Assembly: GCA_049322655.1 (NCBI GenBank)
Contig: JBMORP010000006.1
Span: 576,410-640,409, forward strand
DNA length: 64,000 nucleotides
Source of the DNA: Patescibacteria group bacterium
Lineage (GTDB): Bacteria; Patescibacteriota; Microgenomatia; UBA1400; PJMF01
Reading direction: 5' to 3'
Part shown: positions 17,716-26,566 of the stretch, piece after piece
How positions within the stretch are numbered: the stretch's first letter is position 1
Layout of the letters: every line of letters starts with the position of its first letter
The notes under the pieces: generated by a model
What the model was told of the DNA's origin: nothing
What the model saw: only the letters and a program-made list of their open reading frames with translations
The model's database searches: none
Translations under genes and position numbers: made by a program

Positions 17716-18801
17716 TTAAAGCTCAGCGACCGGAGGCATGGTTTTCTCTACCTTTGGTTGTTGCGCTATTTTTAATTCTGGAACAATTGGCTGTGTTTTT
17801 TCAACTCCTGGTTGAGCTGGCTGAGGCTTAGTTATTGGAACAGAAGATGGGACTTCAGCTTGAAAAACAGTTTGTTGTGTTGGCAGTTGTGGTTTAGGTA
17901 ATTCTTTTTCTGGAATTGGTTGTTGAGCTGAAGTTTGTTCAATGTTCACATTGTTGGCTGGAGGAGTATTCTGTGGCATATCAGGAATTTCTTTTGGAAC
18001 AACAGCAGATTCAGTTATTTCGGCAATTCCAGCTGGAGGAATATCAGTCAAAGAATTAACTTGTTCTTGTGAAGAATTATTATCTGTTGTGAGCGCTTTG
18101 AGAGAATCGGCGTCTGGAATTGTTTTGGCCTGCACAACCATGGTGGTGTAGTCTTTACTATCAGTAATTTGTTGGCCCTCATAAGCTTCAGGATTATAGC
18201 TATTATAGAAAATCTCAATAATTTCTTGGGTATCTAATTGTCTAGCATAAAGCCCAATTCTATTAAATTGGGCAATTAAATGATCTCTTCTTGGTTCTAA
18301 AACACCCAAGCCTTTTTCGATAACGGCAGCCTTTTGTTCTCTAGTTAAAACAGGCTCATTTTTACCGGGAAGAACGGTTTGTGGAGTAATCATACCAACT
18401 TCAGCGGGTGCTGCTGGCACTACCACATAAAATTTCTTATCTAAAACATTTCTTTCTTTAATTAGTTGACCGACAAATTGTTGATAGCGACCAATTAAGT
18501 CTTTTTTTTCTAAAGTAGAAGCTTTGGCTGCTTGTTCATCTAATAACCTCAAATAGGCAGTCGCATCTTTTGTTTTTGAACTAATAATAATTTGAATCGG
18601 AAAATTTAATGAATTGAGTAAAGCAGCATAAGCATAAATAATGGCATCTTGTTCTTGCTCGGCTAGCAAACCAAAGTTCATTGCACTGATTACCATCACC
18701 AAAGATATTGTGCCATCTTTTAAAACGACAACATTATTAGTGATATCAAAAATATCAAGGAACTTTTGGGTTGTAGAAGAAATTTCACCAGCATCAGACA
18801 T
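17716..18801 (-). CDS. hypothetical protein with Pro/Gln-rich C-terminal half (T4SS-cluster associated)
   Basis: ORF co-directional with and upstream of the VirB4-like gene; the C-terminal third is low-complexity P/Q/T-rich. Confidence 0.4.
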   Translation of the reverse strand: MSDAGEISSTTQKFLDIFDITNNVVVLKDGTISLVMVISAMNFGLLAEQEQDAIIYAYAALLNSLNFPIQIIISSKTKDATAYLRLLDEQAAKASTLEKKDLIGRYQQFVGQLIKERNVLDKKFYVVVPAAPAEVGMITPQTVLPGKNEPVLTREQKAAVIEKGLGVLEPRRDHLIAQFNRIGLYARQLDTQEIIEIFYNSYNPEAYEGQQITDSKDYTTMVVQAKTIPDADSLKALTTDNNSSQEQVNSLTDIPPAGIAEITESAVVPKEIPDMPQNTPPANNVNIEQTSAQQPIPEKELPKPQLPTQQTVFQAEVPSSVPITKPQPAQPGVEKTQPIVPELKIAQQPKVEKTMPPVAEL

Positions 18802-18852
18802 ACTTGTTTACTATGGTACTAGAAATCAAGGCTAAATCGCAATGAGAAAACT

Positions 18853-19896
18853 CTAACTTGAACGAATTTCTAGCGGGGGAACCAGATTTCCACTTAAAGC
18901 AATAGTTTGTTCAGGAAAAGTCAAGCCAACTTTTTTTACTCCCACAACATAAGTGCCGTTGGGTAGTGCAGTACTTAAAGAAAATTGACCCAACAAGTTT
19001 GTTTTTAAGGCATTAATTACTTGTCCTTGGTTATTTTTTATTTCCACTACAGCCTGATCAACCAGTTTGTTATCTGGAGTTAAGACCATGCCAACTAAAG
19101 CATTGGGTTTATTGGGTTGTTTGGGAAAAGGAAGAGTGTTGTTAGTGACGACTTCTTTGGTTGGCAGTGAAAAAGATTGTGTTGGCAAATCAAACTTCGT
19201 TGATTCAACAGCAGGGGTATCTAGCTGTGGAGCTTGACTTAATGATTCATTTTGCGCAATGATTTCTTGCTTTTGGTTTTTTTGTTGTTGCTGAAAAATC
19301 ACGTTTTCTGAGCTAGCTACAGGAATAGTTTTTTGTTTGGCAAGATTTCTTGGTTTAGTAGTTAGTTTCGGTTTTATTTTTTGTGGTTTAGCGATCACTT
19401 CGTCGACTTTGACATCATTGTATTGAGCCAAAATATTAGCCATTCTTTGTTGGTCATCATCGTCTAATTGGTTTTTTTCAGTGTTAGAGCTAACAGAGTT
19501 TAAGTATTCTCTAATTCTCTGTCTTCTAGCTGGGGTTAAGTCAATTTCAAATTCTTCCTCTTCTTTGGTTTTTTCTCTTTTAATATGTGTAAAGGCAAAC
19601 GGAACTTCAGTCTCTTTTTTCCAATAAAACTTAGTAGGACTATACAATCTTCTAAAAAAAGTAGTGATCCAATGATCTAGGGGTCTTTCTTCAATGGGTA
19701 CAAAAGCCACCATTGCCCCAAAGCCTGCCGATAAAATAATTAATGGCCACTTAATAAAAGCAATTAAATTGGTATTGTAAATAATTACGCCAATTACTAC
19801 CCCAACAGCAATCTCTGCAAATTGTTTCAGGGTCATGTTTCCAACAATGTGGAATTTGTAACCAACGACGTCCTGTGGAATTGGATGTTCTCGCAT
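18853..19896 (-). CDS. membrane protein with PrgI/VirB3-like N-terminal TM hairpin and a C-terminal beta-rich domain
   Basis: N-terminal ~100 aa carry two TM helices (IAVGVVIGVIIY...LIILSAGFGAMVAFVPI), as in Gram-positive T4SS PrgI-like proteins. The call rests on position and topology only. Confidence 0.35.
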   Translation of the reverse strand: MREHPIPQDVVGYKFHIVGNMTLKQFAEIAVGVVIGVIIYNTNLIAFIKWPLIILSAGFGAMVAFVPIEERPLDHWITTFFRRLYSPTKFYWKKETEVPFAFTHIKREKTKEEEEFEIDLTPARRQRIREYLNSVSSNTEKNQLDDDDQQRMANILAQYNDVKVDEVIAKPQKIKPKLTTKPRNLAKQKTIPVASSENVIFQQQQKNQKQEIIAQNESLSQAPQLDTPAVESTKFDLPTQSFSLPTKEVVTNNTLPFPKQPNKPNALVGMVLTPDNKLVDQAVVEIKNNQGQVINALKTNLLGQFSLSTALPNGTYVVGVKKVGLTFPEQTIALSGNLVPPLEIRSS

Positions 19897-19936
19897 GCGA
19901 CTCTATCTTAGCGTGTCTATAAAATCGTTGCTAGGG

Positions 19937-20917
19937 TTACTCTGCTACTTTGACAGCTGGAGCAATTATTTCTGCCTGGATTTTTTGATTATCTTGGTTA
20001 ATTATTTCTCCTGAAAAATGATAAAAAGGATAAGCTAAATTGTTTTTTAAATCGGCTCGGTATTCCAATTGAACAGCGGTTAGATCTCCAGCCACAATCT
20101 CTTCTAAACTGAACACGCCGGTATTTGGCTCATAGGCAGAAATAATAGAGGCATATTGTTTGTTATTAATGTTTTCCAAAACTTCTCCCAAAGAAAGGAT
20201 TTTAAATTGTTGTTCAGTAGGCAGCGGGTAGAAAAAATTAGGTTGAAAAACTATTTTTTGAACTTGATATTCACTATTAACCAGAATCGTTAAAGGAAAT
20301 TTTTCTCTATGTTCTATTAACAGCGGAACACCATCAACACTATAAGTAAAAGGAATCTCCAAAGCAGCAATCTGCCCAGTTTTGACTTCTTCCATTTCTT
20401 GTAAACCAGAAAACTTTTTAATTTTATCTAACTGAATAGTAAATGGGATTTGATCAAAAACTTCGTTAACATAGTTTTGAGCAACAGTGATGGCCCTATC
20501 TCTGCTTGTCAAGACAACATCTTTGGGTAAATAGTTAGAGTAAAAAAGGTATTCATCATCTTGATTATTATAAGAAAGAGTATAATTTTCTCCTTTCCAC
20601 AAACCATCAATATTCTCAACTGGTTTTAAGTTATGAGTTTCAATAAATCGTTTTTTTAGATATTCAACATTAGTGTTGCTGGGTTGAATCTTTACTAGAG
20701 GAAGATTGTTTTTGAGTGTGGGCAAATCGCCAGAAAACTTAATATTATTGAAGTGAGATTTATTACCATCGCTATTGACTTTGATAAATTCATTTTCTGG
20801 GATGACAACATTTTTTGGTGTAATAAACCTAAAAACCACAGTTATAAAGATTCCGACACAACTCACAATGAACAACATGACATACCATTTTTTATTTTCA
20901 AATAAGTTTTTATTCAT
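19937..20917 (-). CDS. bitopic membrane protein (possible VirB8-like T4SS component)
   Basis: Single N-terminal TM (WYVMLFIVSCVGIFITVVFRFI) followed by a ~290-aa extracytoplasmic domain. The assignment is by topology and position only. Confidence 0.3.
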   Translation of the reverse strand: MNKNLFENKKWYVMLFIVSCVGIFITVVFRFITPKNVVIPENEFIKVNSDGNKSHFNNIKFSGDLPTLKNNLPLVKIQPSNTNVEYLKKRFIETHNLKPVENIDGLWKGENYTLSYNNQDDEYLFYSNYLPKDVVLTSRDRAITVAQNYVNEVFDQIPFTIQLDKIKKFSGLQEMEEVKTGQIAALEIPFTYSVDGVPLLIEHREKFPLTILVNSEYQVQKIVFQPNFFYPLPTEQQFKILSLGEVLENINNKQYASIISAYEPNTGVFSLEEIVAGDLTAVQLEYRADLKNNLAYPFYHFSGEIINQDNQKIQAEIIAPAVKVAE

Positions 20918-23900
20918 AACAAGTCCTCACTGGATCGTTAACCTTAACACTAGCTCCATCAGGCATTAAAGCGGGAAGTGTCCCAGAATTTGGGGCACTA
21001 CCTCTGAGCTCAAAGTGAAGATGCGAGCCAGAAGAGTTGCCTGTGTTTCCCATTTGACCAAGTACTTCTCCAGCCACAACATCTTTACAAGACTGAATAT
21101 TGCTAGATCTAAAGTGCCCAAAAACAAAGGTACCAACTTCAGTTTCAGATAAAACAACATGAATACCATAACCAGGATCTAGATTTCCTGGACAGGCTTT
21201 ACCAGAAAAAGGCGCAAAAATAGTAGTGCCTTCACTGTTAGCAATATCAAAAGCATCAACTCTGCCATGAGAATAACTACCGCCTGGTAGCTGGGTGATG
21301 GTTCCACTCGCTGGCCAACAGCCAGCCCCCTGAGAATAATCACCAATATAAATAACCTCTCCAGTAATGGCATTATCAGTGCCTTCAACTCCTGTTTGAG
21401 AATCTTTGGCAAAGACCTTGAGGTCAAAAGTATTCAGTACAGAAGAATGATTGTAGTTGCTATCGAGAGATTCTGAGTAAGTTAAAACAACCGACTCTCC
21501 AGGTTCAATAATCATTTCTTCATATAGTTCTGGGAAATCAGCTAGTTTTTTGATTCGTTCTGGGACGGTAGGTGGTTTTTTCCCTTCATGTTCTTCCCAA
21601 GCTTTTTCACTATGATTAACTTTCATGGTGTCAGTAGCATCAAGGACTTGAACAGTGTAATTACCTTTTGGGGTAATGGTGATAGTGTATTCAACCTTAA
21701 TCGGAAAGGCTGGATTTTCACATTTATTTTCTGGACAGCCAGCAATAAAGGCTCTTTTTTCAATAGTGACATATTCTGATTCTTTACCTGGAATAGAACC
21801 AGAAACAGTACTTAAAGGATCAACAATTGGGAAGTCAGCAACTAAAGCACTAGAAATTGTAGATTGTACTAACAGTCCAGTGCCAGCAACCGTGGCAATT
21901 GTACCGAGAACTGCTTGACCACCAATATGAACGATTGATTGACCAATAAAACTGGTTGGCTGTAGGGTGGTTGCCTCAGCAAGACCCTGAGTTGTTGTTT
22001 GGGCTGCTGCCACAGTATTGCCAGTAGCCCCATTTTGAAACGAATAATAATTCTGGCCTTTTTTTCCAGTAAAGATCTCTTCTAAAAGTTTACCAATTCC
22101 GAAACCTCCTCCAGCTCCAATTCCAACGCCAATTGCAGCCCCAACCGGCCCACCAATAAAGAAACCGGCAATTCCGCCCCCAATAGCCCCCAAAACTGTT
22201 GGGATTAAAGTTAATAATGATTGAGCAGCATTAATTAAAAAGTAAGCTAGAGATCCCAAACCCAATCCACCCAACGCCATAAGAGTTTGTCGACCTCTTT
22301 TGGTGGTAGCTAGTTTAGTTAAAAAACCCAGTGCTGGGTGAATAGCTGTTGTTGCTGTAGCTGCAGCTTTACTAAGGCCAGCTTCAGCTGCTTTGTCGGC
22401 AGCCTTGCTAGCTGCTTTTTTGCTAAGTCGAGATCTTAGTCCTTTGACCCCTCTTTTTAATCTACCACTAAGCCCTCTGCTCCTTCTAGTAAATTGATTG
22501 ACATTAGCTAGCGGACTTTGTAAAACACCATTGTCTGGAATATAACTAGAATTAAAGTTGTTTATCTCTTCGGTGTTATAAAAGGCCGCTCCGCCAAGTA
22601 GGGGAGCCATGTCATGGAGACCAATTTCTTTGGGATAAAAATCTGGGGTTTCAGCAATATTTTGGATTGTTTTACTACCAGCTTCGCCATAACCAAGCAC
22701 CACAAGAATTTCTTTTTTGGTTTCAGTGTCTTTAGCAGCCCAAACTTGTTTTAAGAAAACCTCTCTTTTTTCAGCATTGGTAACACCTTTTTTATCATTA
22801 AAAAACTCGATTACTTCCTGAGGATTTTTAACAGGAGCCTCTTTACTACCAACGAGGATTTGTTTAGTTGGAGTAGCGATGGCTCTTTCAAAAACTTGAT
22901 CTGCTTCTTTTTTATTTAAAACTTGCTTGTTTTCATCCAGCAAAGCTAAAGCTTCTTGGGTGGCGAATTTAGCTTCGTTGTGGAGTAAAAGTTGACCAGT
23001 TCTTTTGCCAATAATTGAACGTCGAGCAATCCAAATTTCACCAATTGTTGACAAAAACTCTTGATTAAAAGGAATTTCTTCACCAAAAATTAGTTTAAAT
23101 CTGCCTTCATCAACATATTGAAGTAAATCTAGTGGTAGCCCTTGCAAAATCCAAGAATCAACTACATTAACTACATTTTTTTCAGCTAGAGTTAGTTTAT
23201 CTGCCTGAACCCCAATTCTTTGTAGTTCACCTTGCAGTAGCTTGGTAGCTTCTTTGGCTAAATAGTCATCTTTATCTTCAACCAGTTCCTCTTTTTTTAG
23301 TTCCCCAAAAACTTGTTCTAGAGCTGGATGTTGAGCTAGGTTTGTCACCAGCTCAGAAACGGCTGGCCCAGTGCCAGCCTCAGCTTCTTGAAGAGCAGTC
23401 TCGATTTTTTCTCTAAGTTCTGGATTTTTATTGTTGCTTAAGGTTTCGGTTAGATGAGTAGAAATAAGGGCAGTAGTTCTAAAGTCATTTTGCACCAACC
23501 AGACATATTCTCGAATTAAAGTGAGTCTAGTCTCAGGATTAACCAAATCATCTAAGCGACCATTTCCCAAGGTAGTTAAAAAGAAGCCCAAAGTTTTATC
23601 TGATAGGACTCTTTGTAGATCTTTGGAGTTGGCAAGAGTTCCTGGTGGTAAACCATGTTGTTGTTCCAATTGAGCTAAGGCAATTCCAGTAAAATTGGCG
23701 GCTTGTTCTCTTAGTTCTTTGCTAAAAAGAATGTTTTTAGTAACGAGTGGATCATTTTGTTCTTCTTGTAATTTGTCAGGAGGTTGGGTTTGAACTTCCT
23801 CTTCACTAGTAGTTCCACCAGAATCACTATCAGTTGCTGCAGTTTGTGGGGCCCCTGCTGAAAGAGGTTTATTTTCTTCTACGACTTGTTCTTCTGGTTT

Positions 23901-24479
23901 TGCTTCTTCTTCGCTTTCTGGCTCTGCTTGAGCGTTGAGATCTTTATCTTCTTTGATTTTAATAAGATCTAAGAGTAGTTTGGCAGTACTACCAATGTAG
24001 TCTGTCAACAAAACATTTAACTCATGATCATCTTTACCAGTAATCTCTAATTGATTGTAGGCGTGTTTTTCACAGGAAATGATAATTACAAATAAAATTT
24101 GTAAGGTATCTTTATCTAGTTCCAATTTGCCAGCATCAACTTCTTTTTGATACCAGTTATTAATGTCACCCAGGAAGTTATTTGCTATATCTGTAAACAA
24201 AAAAGCTAAATCACTTTTATAAAGGAAAAAATTCAATTGATCAGCCAAATGATCTCTAGAAATGATGTAGCTTCTATCTTTAGTGGTTAGTTTGAGGCTA
24301 CTAGTATTAACTTCTTTGAATAAACTTTGAAAAGAAAAATTTAATTCTGGTTCACTAGCAATATTAGACCTAGTTAAAAGTTCTAAGAAACCTTTGATTG
24401 TGTCCAAATTAACATCATCCCTTAATCTCTTTAAGAAATACCTCTCTTGGCCAGTTAATTTAGGCTTTGCATCGGACAT
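20910..24479 (-). CDS. giant multi-domain protein (1189 aa): N-terminal acidic domain, Gly-rich TM region, C-terminal M23 (LytM) peptidase domain; putative T4SS cell-wall hydrolase
   Basis: C-terminus DVVAGEVLGQMGNTGNSSGSHLHFELR is the M23 HxH catalytic motif. The central segment LGGLGLGSLAYFL...GGGFGIGK is a Gly-rich membrane region. Confidence 0.6.
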   Translation of the reverse strand: MSDAKPKLTGQERYFLKRLRDDVNLDTIKGFLELLTRSNIASEPELNFSFQSLFKEVNTSSLKLTTKDRSYIISRDHLADQLNFFLYKSDLAFLFTDIANNFLGDINNWYQKEVDAGKLELDKDTLQILFVIIISCEKHAYNQLEITGKDDHELNVLLTDYIGSTAKLLLDLIKIKEDKDLNAQAEPESEEEAKPEEQVVEENKPLSAGAPQTAATDSDSGGTTSEEEVQTQPPDKLQEEQNDPLVTKNILFSKELREQAANFTGIALAQLEQQHGLPPGTLANSKDLQRVLSDKTLGFFLTTLGNGRLDDLVNPETRLTLIREYVWLVQNDFRTTALISTHLTETLSNNKNPELREKIETALQEAEAGTGPAVSELVTNLAQHPALEQVFGELKKEELVEDKDDYLAKEATKLLQGELQRIGVQADKLTLAEKNVVNVVDSWILQGLPLDLLQYVDEGRFKLIFGEEIPFNQEFLSTIGEIWIARRSIIGKRTGQLLLHNEAKFATQEALALLDENKQVLNKKEADQVFERAIATPTKQILVGSKEAPVKNPQEVIEFFNDKKGVTNAEKREVFLKQVWAAKDTETKKEILVVLGYGEAGSKTIQNIAETPDFYPKEIGLHDMAPLLGGAAFYNTEEINNFNSSYIPDNGVLQSPLANVNQFTRRSRGLSGRLKRGVKGLRSRLSKKAASKAADKAAEAGLSKAAATATTAIHPALGFLTKLATTKRGRQTLMALGGLGLGSLAYFLINAAQSLLTLIPTVLGAIGGGIAGFFIGGPVGAAIGVGIGAGGGFGIGKLLEEIFTGKKGQNYYSFQNGATGNTVAAAQTTTQGLAEATTLQPTSFIGQSIVHIGGQAVLGTIATVAGTGLLVQSTISSALVADFPIVDPLSTVSGSIPGKESEYVTIEKRAFIAGCPENKCENPAFPIKVEYTITITPKGNYTVQVLDATDTMKVNHSEKAWEEHEGKKPPTVPERIKKLADFPELYEEMIIEPGESVVLTYSESLDSNYNHSSVLNTFDLKVFAKDSQTGVEGTDNAITGEVIYIGDYSQGAGCWPASGTITQLPGGSYSHGRVDAFDIANSEGTTIFAPFSGKACPGNLDPGYGIHVVLSETEVGTFVFGHFRSSNIQSCKDVVAGEVLGQMGNTGNSSGSHLHFELRGSAPNSGTLPALMPDGASVKVNDPVRTCYE

Positions 24480-24538
24480 CTACTTTTTATTATATCCTTT
24501 GCCAGATAGAAACGCACGTCTGTCTTCATCAATGAAAT

Positions 24539-26254
24539 CTAGATTAAATTGGCCACAAATGAGCCCAAGCTTTCTGAATCAATTATTGGTTTGTGAGTTT
24601 TATTTTTGTTAATAGCGGACTTAAAGATGGGGCTACTGTCCAAAGAAGTAACTTTTGGTAGGTTGTAGTTCATTTCACAGTTTAGGCACCAATCACATTC
24701 TCCGACCCAAGTATTATTAGCGCCACATTTCAGACAAGAGCCAATTTTCCATTCTTTTGCCCGTTGGTTACCCACAAACTTAGCCAAATCTACTCTAGAT
24801 AGCGAAGCTGGGGTTAGTCCTTGTAATTGTAAGTTGGCCAGTTGCTGAACACTGCTAATTGGACTTAAAGCAACACATTCCAACAACGAAGTATCAAAGG
24901 CTTTGACGGCAGAAGAAAAACCAATCCCTTTGAGAGATAGGGCAAAATCATTTTCGGTTAAGTTACCGAATTTTTTGAAGTGATCAAATAAAGCCGTTCT
25001 TTTTTGGGCTGAAATTTTTTTAGTATCAAGAATGCCGGCAAAAACCACTCTTTTCATAAAATTACTTAACTTAGTGACCGTATTGGGCGAGAGAGAAGGA
25101 TCTCTTTTAACTTCAGTGGTAACGACATCGATTAATAATTGAGAATATTGTTCCAAAGCTGGTTCCATTTGTTTGATTTTCATCCGAGTGATTTTTTGCC
25201 TAAGCCTCTGGAAAAACTTTTGTTTGGGAAATAGTTCCAGAAAAGTTTCATCAGCCGGAGTGACTTGAAACTTGGTGGGTAGGGAAATTAATTTTTCCAT
25301 GACTAACTGTTCTTTTTCAGCAAAAGGCAGCTCAGTAAAATTTTGAGGTAAGTGAGCACCAATAATGTTGAAAAGTTTTTGGTGATCTTCCCAATTTTTG
25401 GGAGCCAAATGTTGATCATGAAGCAAGATAAATCGGTTTAGGGTTGGAATGAAAACTGGTTGGGCAATGACAATGACACTCAAATTGCCTTCATGGACCT
25501 CAGATTGAGGCATAACATAAAGATATTTAGGCCCAAGGGTGATTTCTCCAGCTAATTTTTCTAGTTTCATTTTTTCTTTAACTTCTGGTTGGATGAAAGT
25601 AAAAGCTTGTTGAGGTGAAAGGGTTACCCAACCAGTATTTTCAAGTTTTTCTCTAGTGATATTTGCATCAGGCTGAATAACTTTATCTTCAGTTTCATAA
25701 GTTTGCTTAGCTAGTAAAGACAACATGGCATGAGGGCTTAGAGCAAAAAGCTGGTTCAAGCTTGTCAGTAAGTTTTCAACTTGGCTTTTTTCTAGTTGAT
25801 AACGGTTTTTTTCGGCTTGATTAATAGCTAAAGATTCAACCGCATCTTGGCAAATTTGTAGTAAATCTGGTCTGAGTAGGTAAATATCATCATGGAGAGC
25901 CAACCCGTTGTCTTTTGAGGTGATTTCATAAGCCAAATGAGTAACTGGTAGTTTTTGGGTTTCTGTCAGAATCGAGCGAAAAAAGTAGACCAGCAAAGCT
26001 TTTTGTTTTTCTGGGTCTTGAATAGGCAAAACTTCTTTGAGGATAAAATTTAAAATAACGATGAGTTTATCTTTTTCTGGATTAGGAATTTCTTTAAGTG
26101 GGTGATGATCAGGTTGGTGAGTGGTTTCTTCTCTTGGTGCTGCTTTTTGGTCAATTAAGTTAGGAATAAAATCAGCCAGCGAAAAAGGAAAAACTCCTTT
26201 TGAGTCTTGAGTCGGTGAGAGTGATTGATGAGTAAAAGTTTGTTCTGGTAACAC
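24539..26254 (-). CDS. hypothetical protein with C-terminal Cys-rich zinc-ribbon-like motif
   Basis: 571-aa ORF ending CLKCGANNTWVGECDWCLNCEM (CxxC ... CxxC); first gene of the co-directional cluster that runs into dnaA. Confidence 0.4.
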   Translation of the reverse strand: MLPEQTFTHQSLSPTQDSKGVFPFSLADFIPNLIDQKAAPREETTHQPDHHPLKEIPNPEKDKLIVILNFILKEVLPIQDPEKQKALLVYFFRSILTETQKLPVTHLAYEITSKDNGLALHDDIYLLRPDLLQICQDAVESLAINQAEKNRYQLEKSQVENLLTSLNQLFALSPHAMLSLLAKQTYETEDKVIQPDANITREKLENTGWVTLSPQQAFTFIQPEVKEKMKLEKLAGEITLGPKYLYVMPQSEVHEGNLSVIVIAQPVFIPTLNRFILLHDQHLAPKNWEDHQKLFNIIGAHLPQNFTELPFAEKEQLVMEKLISLPTKFQVTPADETFLELFPKQKFFQRLRQKITRMKIKQMEPALEQYSQLLIDVVTTEVKRDPSLSPNTVTKLSNFMKRVVFAGILDTKKISAQKRTALFDHFKKFGNLTENDFALSLKGIGFSSAVKAFDTSLLECVALSPISSVQQLANLQLQGLTPASLSRVDLAKFVGNQRAKEWKIGSCLKCGANNTWVGECDWCLNCEMNYNLPKVTSLDSSPIFKSAINKNKTHKPIIDSESLGSFVANLI

Positions 26255-26566
26255 AAAAGCTCCTCTGTTAGAGGAGCATCGGGAGGCAAAGTTGTTTATT
26301 CATGCCCGATGCTCGTCGGAAGAAATAATAAATTTCTTCTTCATTCCAGACTTGGAATGGTTTACTCCGACCGGACTTGTCTCAAGCGAGCATCACCGTT
26401 GCGGCACAGTCTCCGAATCTGACGGAACTTCCGAGTAACAAGGCTTGTTATAGCATAGTTGGGGGTGAAATGTCTATCTTTTCTTGGTGGTTTGTAGTAA
26501 AAACTATGAGGCTGATTATTGGAGGATTTTTTTTAGAGAAAATGGTAGAATACATGGTAGTTAGTT

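Noticed and set aside
24394-24612. Small plus-strand ORF (72 aa) spanning the 3' end of the 1189-aa gene and the 5' end of the 571-aa gene
   Set aside because: It runs antisense across a gene junction with no RBS and low-complexity translation; a likely artefact.
26255-26566. RNase P RNA or tmRNA in the divergent spacer
   Set aside because: Only a GTCCGG-containing segment resembles the RNase P P4 strand. Other universal motifs are missing: the RNase P P4 3' strand ACAGAAACCGGCUUA and GGUAAGGGUGAAA, and the tmRNA T-loop/ACCA end and ALAA tag frame. Kept only as an unassigned structured region.
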